64,000 bases of DNA, from the NCBI GenBank assembly GCA_965243025.1, contig CBDETY010000003.1, positions 3,776,001-3,840,000 on the forward strand. The letters are read 5' to 3'. The notes under the pieces are model-generated. The model saw only the letters and a program-made list of their open reading frames with translations. It made no database searches and was not told where the DNA came from. Every line of letters begins with the position of its first letter. The stretch's first letter is position 1. The position numbers and the translations under genes are program-made. Shown piece by piece: positions 39,840 to 50,200 of this stretch. This DNA is from Candidatus Latescibacterota bacterium (GTDB taxonomy: Bacteria > Latescibacterota > UBA2968 > UBA8231).

Positions 39840-40448
39840 TCACGGGCTGCGTTCCCGGAGGTTCCGGTACTCCTCCGGCGTATCGACGTCGGCAAAAATC
39901 CAGGGGGTGGAGACCGGCACCTCCACCACGCTTTCGGGGTGTCTGTCGACCACGCTGCGAGCGCCCCGGTCGCCCGACAGCGCCAGCAGCTCCTCCCGGT
40001 AGCCGCCGGCGAAGATCACCGGGTGGCCCCTGCGCCCCTCGTGCGCGGGCAGCAGGATGGCCGACCTTCCCGCCCCGGCGACCCTCCGGCACAGCAGGTC
40101 GACGAGGCCTGCGGTGATCCCGGGCATGTCCCCGAGGGCGACGAGATATCCCGCGGCCGCGGGGTCCGCCGCCCCGATGCCGGTGCGCAGGGAAGCGGCC
40201 ATGCCGGCGGCGAAGTCGTCGTTGGTCGCGACGCGAACCGGGTAGGGCTCCAGCACGGCGGCGACGGTTTCCGCCTCGTGGCCGACCACGACGACGACCT
40301 CATGCAGGGCGGCTCCGGCCAGGGCGTTCACCACAACTGCAAGGACCGGTCTGTCCCCCCACGGAAGCAGCAGCTTGTTCTCCGCTCCCATGCGGCTCGA
40401 GGCGCCGGCGGCCAGGACCACGGCCGAAACGGGGTATCTGCCGGGCAA
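39840..40448 (-). CDS. mocA: Molybdenum cofactor cytidylyltransferase-like nucleotidyltransferase
   Basis: LAAGASSRMG..NKLLL, LGDMP, GHPV, GDRGAR, DVDTPE; adjacent to xdhC and the cox genes. Confidence 0.85.
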   Translation of the reverse strand: MPGRYPVSAVVLAAGASSRMGAENKLLLPWGDRPVLAVVVNALAGAALHEVVVVVGHEAETVAAVLEPYPVRVATNDDFAAGMAASLRTGIGAADPAAAGYLVALGDMPGITAGLVDLLCRRVAGAGRSAILLPAHEGRRGHPVIFAGGYREELLALSGDRGARSVVDRHPESVVEVPVSTPWIFADVDTPEEYRNLRERSP

Positions 40449-40461
40449 GAGAAACGGGTTT

Positions 40462-41535
40462 TCAGCGGCGGGGACCGGCCGCCTGTCTGCGCGCCGTCCG
40501 CGAGCGCTTGACGGCCACGATCTCGGCGAGGATGCTGAGGGCGATCTCCGCCGGGGTCTCGGCGCCGATGTCGAGGCCGATCGGCCCCTTGATGCGGTCG
40601 ATCTCCGCCTCGGAAAACCCCGCTTCCTGCAGGCGGGCCCGCCGTTTTTCCTGCGACCTGCGCCCGCCCAGGGCGCCGATGTAGGCGACCGGCGCCTCGA
40701 GGAAACGGTGCAGGGCCTCGTCGTCGATCTTGGGATCGTGGGTCAGCACCGCGCAGTAGCAGTCCTCGTTGAGGTCCCAGCCGTCCAGCAGATCGCCGGG
40801 CCATTTCGCCAACAGCTGCGTCGGCTGCACGGGGAACCGCTCCGGCGTCGCGAACACCTCGCGCGGGTCGATTACCACGGTCTCGAAATCGACCAGAGCC
40901 GCGTACTGGACCAGCGGCAGGGTGATGTGTCCGGCGCCGATGACGAGCAGCTGGTCGCGCCGCGGAAACACCTGCGCGAAGACGGCCTCGCCCGCGACCT
41001 CGACGACGCCGCTCTCGCGGGTATCGTACGCCTCGAGCCCGGCGGCTGCCGCGGTTTCCGTGACCGCGCCCCATGACCCGGCCACCTCCCCTTCGGGGGT
41101 GACCAGCAGGTGGGGGGGAGCCTCCCCCGGCCCCAGGCGGGTCAGCAGGATCGCCGGCCGGTTTCCCTCCACCCGTTCCCTGAGCTGCCTCCAGACCTCG
41201 ACGCTGCCGTCTCCCCCGGCCTGCGGCAGGTGCGGTTCGACCAGGACCGACACCTCCCCCCCGCAGGACAGGCCGACCGACCAGGCGGTCTCGTCGTCGA
41301 CCCCGTAGGTCAGCTTTTTCGGGGCTCCCGTGGCCAGGACCTGCCCCGCCTCCTCGATGACGGCCCCCTCGATGCACCCCCCGCTGACCGAGCCGGCCAC
41401 CTTCATCGCCGCGTCGACGATCATCGCCGAGCCCACCCCCCGGGGTGAGGAGCCCCAGGTCTCGACCACCCGCGCCAGGGCGAACGGCCGCGCGCTCGCG
41501 TCCCACTCGACCACGTCTTTCCAGATATCCCGCAT
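40462..41535 (-). CDS. xdhC: XdhC/CoxI-CoxF family Moco insertion chaperone
   Basis: WGSSPR, GSVSGGCIE, GLSCGG, THDPK.D, YIGALG, PIGLDIGAETPAEIA. Confidence 0.93.
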   Translation of the reverse strand: MRDIWKDVVEWDASARPFALARVVETWGSSPRGVGSAMIVDAAMKVAGSVSGGCIEGAVIEEAGQVLATGAPKKLTYGVDDETAWSVGLSCGGEVSVLVEPHLPQAGGDGSVEVWRQLRERVEGNRPAILLTRLGPGEAPPHLLVTPEGEVAGSWGAVTETAAAAGLEAYDTRESGVVEVAGEAVFAQVFPRRDQLLVIGAGHITLPLVQYAALVDFETVVIDPREVFATPERFPVQPTQLLAKWPGDLLDGWDLNEDCYCAVLTHDPKIDDEALHRFLEAPVAYIGALGGRRSQEKRRARLQEAGFSEAEIDRIKGPIGLDIGAETPAEIALSILAEIVAVKRSRTARRQAAGPRR

Positions 41536-41702
41536 CTCCTGCTCCCGCCTTGGGTTATACCATGTTCCGAAGGCCGGGGAATATACGCCCGGCAGGGGCG
41601 ATTGACAGCCCCGTACAGCCTTTATATAGTTGCCCCCCTTTCAGCAGCCCCCCTGCGCCGTCGAGGCCGGTCCCGGCGGCGCTTCCAAAAGCGAGAAACG
41701 GA

Positions 41703-42137
41703 TTGCGTTTCGAAGGCAGCCACAAGCTTCAGACCGACGCCGAATCGGTCTGGAACCTGCTCAACGATCCCGAGGTGCTGGGCCGCTGCACCCCGGGAGT
41801 CCAGAAGCTGGTCCCGATTGAGGGAGAGAAGTACGAGGCGGTCTTCGACATCAAGCTCGGCCCGATCAACAGCGGTTTCGAAGGCACCATCGAGGTCACC
41901 GACAAGCTGCCCCCGGAGAGCTACCGTCTCGTCGTCGACGTCGACGGCAGGATCGGCTCGGTGGCCGCCGAGGGGACTTTCCAGATCAGGCCGGACGGCG
42001 ACGCCGCCCTCGTTTCGTTCGTGGGGAAAGGCAGCATGACCGGCGTCCTCGCGCGCCTGGGACAGCGCGTCATGTCCGGTGTCGCGAGGTTGTTCACGGC
42101 GCAGTTCTTCCAGGCTCTCGAAAAGGAAATTACCTGA
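41703..42137 (+). CDS. coxG: CoxG / SRPBCC family protein
   Basis: VW..LNDPEVL..C.PG, G.LARLGQR; TTG start. Confidence 0.85.
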   Translation: MRFEGSHKLQTDAESVWNLLNDPEVLGRCTPGVQKLVPIEGEKYEAVFDIKLGPINSGFEGTIEVTDKLPPESYRLVVDVDGRIGSVAAEGTFQIRPDGDAALVSFVGKGSMTGVLARLGQRVMSGVARLFTAQFFQALEKEIT

Positions 42138-42186
42138 TACCCACACGGCTCCGGGCCTCTCCGGGGCGCCGACAGGAGGTTCATCT

Positions 42187-42648
42187 ATGGGGGTACCTAT
42201 CGAGGTAACCGTAAACGGGCAGACCCACCAGCACGAGGTCGAGCCGCGCACCCTGCTCGTCAGCTACCTGCGCGAGACCCTCGGGCTCACCGGGACTCAC
42301 GTCGGCTGCGACACGAGCAGCTGCGGGGCCTGCACCATCGTCGTCGACGGCCAGGCCGTGAAGTCCTGCACCATGCTCGCCGTCCAGGCGGACGGGCGCG
42401 AGGTCACGACCATCGAAGGGCTCGCCAGCGACGGCGAGCTGCACCCGATCCAGCAGGGGTTCCGCGAGGAGCACGGCCTGCAGTGCGGCTTCTGCACCCC
42501 CGGCATGATCATGACCGCCTGGCAGATTCTCGAGGACAACCCGAACCCCTCCGACGAGGAGATCCGGCACGGTCTCGAGGGCAACTTCTGCCGCTGCACG
42601 GGGTACGACAACATCGTCCGCGCGGTGCAGCACGCCGCCGCGAGCTAG
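42187..42648 (+). CDS. coxS: Molybdenum hydroxylase [2Fe-2S] small subunit
   Basis: [27 protein letters not shown]. Confidence 0.93.
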   Translation: MGVPIEVTVNGQTHQHEVEPRTLLVSYLRETLGLTGTHVGCDTSSCGACTIVVDGQAVKSCTMLAVQADGREVTTIEGLASDGELHPIQQGFREEHGLQCGFCTPGMIMTAWQILEDNPNPSDEEIRHGLEGNFCRCTGYDNIVRAVQHAAAS

Positions 42649-42713
42649 CAGGGGACCCCCCGGATGACTTTCACCTTCAACACCTCGCCGGTGCAGCCGG
42701 CACGGAGACAGCC

Positions 42714-45080
42714 ATGAGCGTACTCGGACAATCCGTAAAGCGCGTGGAAGACCACAAGTTCATCACCGGCAAAGGGCGCTACACCGACGACATCGTCCTC
42801 CCGCGCATGACCTTCGCCGCGGTGGTGCGGTCGCCGCACGCGCACGCCAACATCAGGGGGATCGACTCCTCGGCAGCGGCCGCGGCCGACGGCGTCGTCG
42901 CCGTCCTCAACGGCGAGGAGATGGCCGCCGACGGCATCGGCGGGCTGCCCGCCGGCTGGCAGGTCGACTTCAAGAACGGCGACACCATGAAGGAGCCGCC
43001 GCATCCGCCGCTGGCGGTCGGCAAGGTGCGCCACGTCGGCGATTCCGTCGCCGTCGTCGTCGCCGAGACCCGCGAGCAGGCCAGGGACGCGGCCGATCTC
43101 GTCAAGGTCGACTACGAACCCCTCGACGCCGTCGTCGACGTCGTCGCCGCCCAGGCAGAAGGGGCCCCGCAGCTTCACGAAGACGTCCCCGACAACGTCC
43201 CCTTCGACTGGGAGCTCGGCGACAAGGAAGCGGCCGACGCCGCCATCGCCGGCGCCGCCCACGTCACCACCCTCGAATACGCCAACCAGCGCCTGATCCC
43301 CAACGCCATCGAGCCGCGCTGCGCCATCGGCGACTACGACGGCGCCCGCGACCACTACACCCTCTACACCTCCTCCCAGAACCCCCACGTCATCCGGCTG
43401 CTGATGTCGGCCTTCGTGATGGGGCTCCCGGAGCACAAGGTGCGGGTGGTGTCCCCCGACGTCGGGGGCGGGTTCGGCAGCAAGATCTTCCACTACGCCG
43501 AGGAAGTGATCGCCATGTGGGCCTCCAAGCGCACCGGGCGGCCGGTGAAGTGGACGGCCGAGCGCAGCGAGAGCTTCCTGACCGACGCCCACGGCCGCGA
43601 CCACGCCACCAGGGCGGAGATGGGCTTCGACGGCGACGGCAACATCGTCGGCCTGCGGGTCGAGACCCACGCCAACATGGGGGCCTACTTCTCGACCTTC
43701 GCCCCCTGCATCCCCACCTACCTCTACGGCACCCTGCTGCAGGGGCTCTACAAGACCCCGGCGATCCACGTCGACGTCACCGCGGCCTTCACCAACACGG
43801 TTCCGGTCGACGCCGTGCGCGGCGCCGGGCGGCCCGAGGCGACCTACCTGCTCGAGCGGCTGCTCGACCAGGCGGCGCACGAGACCGGCAGGGACCCGGC
43901 CGAGCTGCGGCGCCAGAACTTCATCCCGGCGTTCGACGGCGTCGAACAGCCCGGGTACGAGACCCAGGTCGCGCTGGTCTACGACAGCGGCGACTACGAG
44001 GCGGTTCTCGACAAGGCGCTCGCCAATGCCGACTACGCCGGCCTGCGCAGGGAGCAGGAAGAGGCCCGCGCCGAAGGGCGGCTGCTCGGCATCGGGTTCT
44101 CGACCTACATCGAGGCCTGCGGCATCGCCCCCTCGGCCGTCGTCGGCGCCCTGGGCGCGCGCGCCGGACTCTACGAGAGCGGCACGGTGCGGGTGCAGCC
44201 GACCGGCAAGGTGTCGGTCTACACCGGCAGCCACTCGCACGGCCAGGGGCACGACACCACCTTCTCGCAGCTCGTCTCCGACAGCCTCGGCATCCCGATG
44301 GATGACGTCGAGATCGTCCACGGCGACACCGAGCAGGTGCCGTTCGGCATGGGCACCTACGGGTCGCGCTCGCTGGCGGTAGGCGGCATGGCCATCACCA
44401 AAAGCCTCGACAAGGTCAAGGAGAAGGGGGCGAAGATCGCCGCCCACCTGCTCGAGGCCTCAGAAGAGGACCTCGAGTACGTCGACGCCTCCTGGAAGGT
44501 GAAGGGGACCGACCAGTCGGTCGGCTTCGGCGACGTCGCCCTGACCGCGTACGTGCCGCACAACTACCCGGAGGGGCTCGAGCCCGGCCTCGAGTTCACC
44601 AGCTTCTACGACCCGGCCAACTTCACCTTCCCGTACGGCGCCCACATCGCCCTCGTCGAGGTCTGCCCCTACACCGGCATGGTGCAGCTGAGGCGCTACA
44701 TCGCCGTCGACGACGTCGGCAACGTCGTCAACCCTATGATCGTCGACGGGCAGGTCCACGGCGGCATCACCCACGGCGTCGGACAGGCCCTGCTCGAAGG
44801 GGCGGTGTACGACGACAACGGCCAGCTCACCAACGGCTCCTACATGGACTACGCGATGCCGCGCGCCGACGACGTGCCGCGCTTCGAGACCGACCGCACC
44901 GTCACCCCGTGCCCCCACAACGCCCTCGGCGTCAAGGGAGCCGGAGAGACCGGCACCATCGGCTCGACGCCGGCGGTGGTCAACGCGGTGGTCGACGCCC
45001 TCTGGCATCTCGGCGTCCGCGACCTGCAGATGCCGCTGACCCCGCAGACCGTGTGGAAGGCCATCCAGGACGCGGCCTAA
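42714..45080 (+). CDS. coxL: Xanthine dehydrogenase-family Mo-binding subunit (CoxL form II-like)
   Basis: VGGGFGSK, active-site loop [27 protein letters not shown]. Confidence 0.9.
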   Translation: MSVLGQSVKRVEDHKFITGKGRYTDDIVLPRMTFAAVVRSPHAHANIRGIDSSAAAAADGVVAVLNGEEMAADGIGGLPAGWQVDFKNGDTMKEPPHPPLAVGKVRHVGDSVAVVVAETREQARDAADLVKVDYEPLDAVVDVVAAQAEGAPQLHEDVPDNVPFDWELGDKEAADAAIAGAAHVTTLEYANQRLIPNAIEPRCAIGDYDGARDHYTLYTSSQNPHVIRLLMSAFVMGLPEHKVRVVSPDVGGGFGSKIFHYAEEVIAMWASKRTGRPVKWTAERSESFLTDAHGRDHATRAEMGFDGDGNIVGLRVETHANMGAYFSTFAPCIPTYLYGTLLQGLYKTPAIHVDVTAAFTNTVPVDAVRGAGRPEATYLLERLLDQAAHETGRDPAELRRQNFIPAFDGVEQPGYETQVALVYDSGDYEAVLDKALANADYAGLRREQEEARAEGRLLGIGFSTYIEACGIAPSAVVGALGARAGLYESGTVRVQPTGKVSVYTGSHSHGQGHDTTFSQLVSDSLGIPMDDVEIVHGDTEQVPFGMGTYGSRSLAVGGMAITKSLDKVKEKGAKIAAHLLEASEEDLEYVDASWKVKGTDQSVGFGDVALTAYVPHNYPEGLEPGLEFTSFYDPANFTFPYGAHIALVEVCPYTGMVQLRRYIAVDDVGNVVNPMIVDGQVHGGITHGVGQALLEGAVYDDNGQLTNGSYMDYAMPRADDVPRFETDRTVTPCPHNALGVKGAGETGTIGSTPAVVNAVVDALWHLGVRDLQMPLTPQTVWKAIQDAA

Positions 45081-45099
45081 AGGAGAGAGGAGACAGGAA

Positions 45100-45960
45100 A
45101 TGACACCCGAAGCATTCGAATACCACCGTCCCGCCACTGTCGACGAAGCGCTTTCCCTGCTCGGGGAGCACGGTGACGACGCCAAGCTCCTGGCCGGGGG
45201 CCACAGCCTGCTGCCGGCGATGAAGCTGCGCCTCTCGGCGCCCGGCCACCTCATCGACGTCGGCCAGATCGACGAGCTGCAGCAGATCTCGACCGACGGC
45301 GACGACGTCGTCATCGGCGCCGGGGCCACCCACCACGACATCGAGTCCTCCGACATCGTCGGTGAGAAGGCCCCGCTGCTCGCCCAGGCGGCCGGCTCCA
45401 TCGGCGACGTCCAGGTCCGCAACATGGGCACCATCGGCGGCAGCCTCGCGCACGCCGACCCGGCCGCCGACTATCCGGCCGCGGTGCTGGCCGCCGACGC
45501 GCGGGTCCGCGTCAGGGGACCCGGAGGGGAACGCGAGATCGCCGCCTCCTTCTTCTTCGTCGAGCTCTACATGACCAGCCTGGCCCCCGACGAGATCATC
45601 CTCGACGTGCGGGTGCCTTCGCAGGGAGCCGGCACCGGCTCTTCGTACGCCAAGTTCCCCCACCCGGCGTCGCGGTTCGCGGTCTGCGGGTGCGCCGCCT
45701 CGGTGACCAGGAACGGCGGCAGCTGCAGCGACGTCCGCGTCGGCTTCACCGGCATCGCCAACGCCGCTTTCCGGGACCTCGGCGTGGAGAATGCGATGAA
45801 CGGCAGCTCCGGCGATTCCGGGGCGATCTCGGCGGCCGCGGCCAACGCCGCCCAGGGGGTCGAGCTGCTGAGCGATTCGTTCGCCGGGGAGGAGTACCGG
45901 CGGCACCTCGCCTCAGTGCTCGCGATGAAAGCTCTCGGCGAGGCGGTCCGGGCGGCATAG
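45100..45960 (+). CDS. coxM: Molybdenum hydroxylase FAD-binding subunit
   Basis: [25 protein letters not shown]. Confidence 0.92.
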   Translation: MTPEAFEYHRPATVDEALSLLGEHGDDAKLLAGGHSLLPAMKLRLSAPGHLIDVGQIDELQQISTDGDDVVIGAGATHHDIESSDIVGEKAPLLAQAAGSIGDVQVRNMGTIGGSLAHADPAADYPAAVLAADARVRVRGPGGEREIAASFFFVELYMTSLAPDEIILDVRVPSQGAGTGSSYAKFPHPASRFAVCGCAASVTRNGGSCSDVRVGFTGIANAAFRDLGVENAMNGSSGDSGAISAAAANAAQGVELLSDSFAGEEYRRHLASVLAMKALGEAVRAA

Positions 45961-46049
45961 GAGTCTGAATTGGCTGGCGCCCGGCAGTGGGCGCCAGCAT
46001 GATCAGAGGGGGCAGGCGCCGAGTCTCAGCGCCTGCCCTTTCTCTTGAG

Positions 46050-46814
46050 ATGAAGAAGCGGGCGCGCACAGCAGCCCTTTTCCTACTGGGAATCGGTGCG
46101 GCTCACACCGCATGTTCGGTTACGCGTCCCTCGAAATCGACATCTCCCGAACGGGTAGTCCTGACGAACAGCCGGGAAACAGTTACATATCCGGCGAACA
46201 GTTCGTTCTATTTTCGATGGGAAATAGAACACAGAGCTGACAGCACCAGGGCTGTGACAGCCACCGGAAGCGAATCCATTCCCGTTCGGATCGTGGACGG
46301 AAACGATACCCACCTGTGGCTGGAATCCAAATCCTGGAACAGTGTCAAAAAAATCCCACCCGGTTACAGCAAGGAAAAGACGATCAGATTTTCAAGGCGC
46401 AAGGATCGGGTTCAGGTCGGACTGCCCATCTCATCCTTGACGGAGGTGAGCATCGATACCGACCAGAAAGTCCAAAGGAAGAAAAGTGGAAGAACCGTGT
46501 TGCAGAACATGATCTTCGGGGCATGTGTCGGGTTTACTGTCGTCATACAGGTAGTTAATCTGGAGAGTGAGCCTTGGGAAGAGGATGCAGATTGGGACGG
46601 GGATGACGGGGAGGCTGTACTTGGGTTGTTTGGCTTTGCGATTCTGGGAGGAACCTTAGGTGCCGTCGGATACCCCATCTATGATGTTGTCAAAACAACA
46701 AAAAAGGTCAACTTCCGGAAAAAATATCCCCTCGCAGGTTCCGATGGATTCCGGTTGGAAATCAGAAACAGGGGAAGAAAACAGAAATGGTCATTTCGAC
46801 ACCTGAGCTCCTAA
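46050..46814 (+). CDS. Hypothetical membrane/lipoprotein, AT-richer than its neighbours
   Basis: Signal ending in HTAC, two hydrophobic segments near the C-terminus; no recognised family. Confidence 0.55.
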   Translation: MKKRARTAALFLLGIGAAHTACSVTRPSKSTSPERVVLTNSRETVTYPANSSFYFRWEIEHRADSTRAVTATGSESIPVRIVDGNDTHLWLESKSWNSVKKIPPGYSKEKTIRFSRRKDRVQVGLPISSLTEVSIDTDQKVQRKKSGRTVLQNMIFGACVGFTVVIQVVNLESEPWEEDADWDGDDGEAVLGLFGFAILGGTLGAVGYPIYDVVKTTKKVNFRKKYPLAGSDGFRLEIRNRGRKQKWSFRHLSS

Positions 46815-46883
46815 AATGATAGTTAAGTTCGCTGTTTGGTCCTTCTTTTACCTCCCCGTTACCCCATCCCGAGGAAAACCGAA

Positions 46884-47738
46884 TTGAGCGAAATCAAGCT
46901 GGCAGGAGCCCAGTGGAGTTGGGTGGGGGCGAGCCTGCGGGAGTCGGCCGGCATCTACCGGGCTCTCGGGATCGGCGCCATGGACCTCATCACCGCCCCC
47001 GGCATGCCGCTCGACGTCGGTGAGATAGAGAGCGACCCGCAGGCGGTTGCCCGGCGGGTCGGAGAGGATCTCGCCGGCGTCGAGGTCGAGCTCGTCAACC
47101 TCATGACCCTGATCGGCACGGACTTCGAGGATCGGGCCCTGAACTCTCCTGACGAGGCGATGCGCCAACGCAACGCCGATTCGGTTGCCGCCCTCTGCGA
47201 GTTCGCCGCCGCGGCCGGCCTGAAGTCGATCACCCTGGTCCCGGGTGTCGAGCACCCGGGGATGTCCCGCGAGGATTCCCAGGCACTCTCCTCCGAGGCG
47301 CTGCGGGCGGCGGCGGAAACCGGAGCCAAGGCCGGGGTCGACGTGGTCTTCGAGCCGCACCGCGAGTCGGTGCTGGAGAGCCCGGCCGAGACCCTCGCCT
47401 TCATGCAGCAGAACCCCGACCTCAGGATCTGCGTCGACTACTCCCACTGCGTGTCGATCGGCTACAGGGAAGAGGAGCTGCACCCGCTGCTGCCGTACGC
47501 CGGCCACGTGCACCTGCGCCAGGGGGCCGCCGGCCAGATCCAGGCGCGCTGGGACGACGGGGAGATCGATTTCCCCGGACTGATGCGGCGGCTCGCCGAA
47601 CAGGGGTACGACGGCTACGCCACCCTCGAGTACGAGCACGAGGAGGTGTGGGACATGGACAAGGCCGACACCATGAAAGAGACCATCCGAATGAGGGACG
47701 CGGTTCTTCCCTTCGTGGCGGCTCCGGCTTCTCCGTGA
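46884..47738 (+). CDS. Sugar phosphate isomerase/epimerase (TIM barrel)
   Basis: FEPH, VDYSH, HVHLR, G.IDF, GYDGYATLEY. Confidence 0.85.
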   Translation: MSEIKLAGAQWSWVGASLRESAGIYRALGIGAMDLITAPGMPLDVGEIESDPQAVARRVGEDLAGVEVELVNLMTLIGTDFEDRALNSPDEAMRQRNADSVAALCEFAAAAGLKSITLVPGVEHPGMSREDSQALSSEALRAAAETGAKAGVDVVFEPHRESVLESPAETLAFMQQNPDLRICVDYSHCVSIGYREEELHPLLPYAGHVHLRQGAAGQIQARWDDGEIDFPGLMRRLAEQGYDGYATLEYEHEEVWDMDKADTMKETIRMRDAVLPFVAAPASP

Positions 47739-47902
47739 AGCTGCCTGCCTGGGAATCCACATGCCACCCCCTTCAGGCCGCGCTCAAGTACACATTCCTG
47801 CAATTTGCACTCCGGGGAAAACAGGAAAGCACCTTCCAGGTGCTGCCGGAAGGCGCTTCTTCGTTGTTCCTTGCCGATGGCGCTGTGCCGTCTGCCGCCG
47901 GG

Positions 47903-48801
47903 CTACCTACCCAGGGTATCGGGAAGCGGGGGCAGCCGGGAGATGAAACAGAGGCTGTCGCCGTCCGGGGACCAGACCGGCTGCCGGTCGTAATTCCCCG
48001 ATGTCAATTTCACCATCTCCGTTCCATCCGAAACCATTTTGTAGATGCAGAACTGGCCATTTCGGTCGGAGGCGAATGCGATCTCTCCGTTACGGGACCA
48101 GGACGGTTCTCGATCTTCTCCAGAATAATCGGTGAGCCGGACCACCTCTCCGCTTGCCACATCTACGACGCAGAGGTCGATATTGCCAAAACGGTCGCTT
48201 TCGAAAGCAATGCGATCCCCATCCGGAGACCACGTTCCGCGCCCGTCGTACTTCTGGTGCTGAGTCAAGTTGCGAAGATTTTGCCCGTACCGGTCGGCAC
48301 GAACAGTTCCATGTTTCCGTTGCGAAACGTGGTAATAATGAAGTGTCCACCATCGGGCGACCAGAGCGGAAAGATTCCATCCGGCACGATTAATTCCAAC
48401 TCCGGATCTTCGGCTCCCAGTTCCATTCGGTAGATGTCGAACGTCCCTTCCGGATCTGCGGTTCTTCCCGACAAGAGCATCTCCGTACCGTCGGGGGCGA
48501 TGGAGATTCCCACCACGGTAACGATGGGCGAAGGGACCGGAACAGTCAGCAGTTTCTCCCCGGACGTGGAAACCAGATGAAAGGTGTTTTCGCTGCTGGT
48601 ATGGGCGACGTACAGGATGCTTCGGCCGTCCGGCATCCAACACGGGGTATCGGTGCTGTCTACGACCGATATGCGCTTGACGGAACCCCCCTCCCCGGAT
48701 GTGAGGAACACGCTTCCCTCGCGGTCATGGGCTGAGACCGGTTGCTCCCAAAGGCAGCAGCATAACCCCAACAAGGCGATTGGTTTGTGAAAACTGACCA
48801 T
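47903..48801 (-). CDS. TolB-like PD40 beta-propeller secreted protein, 1-nt frameshift at about 48300
   Basis: Signal peptide; WSPDG-type repeats in both frames. Adding one base gives MELF(V/R)ADRYGQNLRNLT. Confidence 0.75.
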
Positions 48802-48802
48802 A

Positions 48803-49710
48803 TTATTTCACCTCCAGGGCGGCCTTGATCCGGCCCCAGGAAACCGACTCCACCGCACTGTCTCCGGGACCCAGCAGGAAACCGTCGAGTAATCCGTCTG
48901 CGTCTCTCCGCCAGGCCCTACGCCAATCCATCCGTCCAGGGGTCCACCATTCCCGTTCACCGGGGTCGTGGTCGTACACTATAATTCCGAAGCCGATGAC
49001 TTTGCCGGCGGCCAACTGACTGACTTCCATTTGTCCCGGGTAGTCCCAGCCTTCCCAGCTGTCGAACGGGGTAACGTACAGTTCGATCACGCTGATGACG
49101 GGAGCCTCACTGAAGACACCTCCTCCTCCATCCGCATAAGGAGGCCAAAAAATCCAACCGGAGGGACGGCTGCCATCCATAGCGATATTTTGACCCGTAG
49201 GTGTCTGGGAAATGGCGGTATATAGTTGGGCGTTTCCATTAGCCTCGATCACTTCCTCCTCTGTCGGATCTACAGTAAAGCCCCCACCGCCGCTGTGGTC
49301 CCGTCCACGATCAGCCCGATACTGTCATGCGTCCAAAGAACATTGCGAAAGTTGGTTTCCACATCGTAATCATGGGTATTCTCGTACACATCATCGCTGC
49401 CCACGAAGGCGACATACAGCCGAACCGGATCGTCGTGCCAGGCCAACCAGATGCGAAAATCCAGATCAGACGGATCGAGCGGCGTCCCGCTTCTTTTGTC
49501 CGTAAAATCAGATATAACCAGGTTCGCCTCTCCGGCCAGGTCATACCATTCATCTGCAATACCGTCATCGAGCTGAATCTCTTCCAGCGCCTCGTTGCTG
49601 AGGTAGAGAATCGGGTATACTCGGTCGTTGCGCACGTGGGCAGCGACCAGTCCCGGCAGACAGAGAAAAAAGGCGGCTTGCCATAAAGTGCTGATTCGAG
49701 CAGAGGTCAT
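48803..49710 (-). CDS. Secreted hypothetical protein with SAVESVSWGRIKA C-terminus, 1-nt frameshift at about 49300
   Basis: Signal peptide, LDDG...EW, IWLAWHD (CBM9/DOMON-like). Adding one G to GGG (49300-49302) gives IVDGDHSGGGGFTVDPTEEEVIEA, joining ORF 48803..49252. Confidence 0.7.
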
Positions 49711-49731
49711 CGTTCGCCTTTCCTGGATTGC

Positions 49732-49786
49732 AAAAAAAGGCGGACGAGCATCCGACTCACCGCGATGAATCGATCACTCGTCCGCC
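49732..49786 (-). terminator. Long hairpin plus U7 tract about 20 nt upstream of the 49710 start codon (attenuator-like)
   Basis: Outer arms GGCGGACGAG / CTCGTCCGCC (10 bp), plus an inner stem needing G-U pairs that form only on the minus strand, then T7. Confidence 0.7.
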
Positions 49787-49929
49787 GCCGCAGACCTGTG
49801 CCAGGTTTACTCTAGCCCCAGCAAGTGCACCACCCAGTACACCCGTTGGTCTGAGAAAACGAGGAACTCCCGTGCCCCAAGGCGGAACACTGGTAGGCAC
49901 ACGCGCTCGAGCTGGTGTTGGTATGATGG

Positions 49930-50015
49930 TGCGAGGACCCGCTGGCTTGAGAAGGGTGGGCGATCACAGTGGCGGAGCAGCCGCCGGGTGCCGGTCCCTT
50001 CGGCTGCCGTTGCGG
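49930..50015 (-). ncRNA. Possible short or degenerate cobalamin riboswitch aptamer
   Basis: Minus strand AAGGGA-CCGG..CCGG-CGGCTG-CTCC-GCCACTGTGA...AAGCCAG, in the order of the Cbl consensus blocks. Confidence 0.3.
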
Positions 50016-50200
50016 ACAAAACCAAAAAAAACAGGGCTTGTCAACCGGCTTTTTTCGGGCGCCCCTTCTTCATCAGCCCCTTACCGGGGCCGAGCGTCTC
50101 GCCAGCGAATGCCCCGGCGATCCCTCTTCGGTGAAACCGATGGAAACCTTCAGGGTCATCCTGTTCAGAACACCCCCTTCTTCACGAAACCGAGGTCACC

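Noticed and set aside
42714-45080. Bona fide form I aerobic CO dehydrogenase
   Set aside because: Lacks the AYxCSFR motif and the M-S-L gene order.
49790-49803. Second sigma54 site TGGCACAGGTCTGC on the minus strand
   Set aside because: GG-to-GC spacing is 9 nt rather than the required 10.
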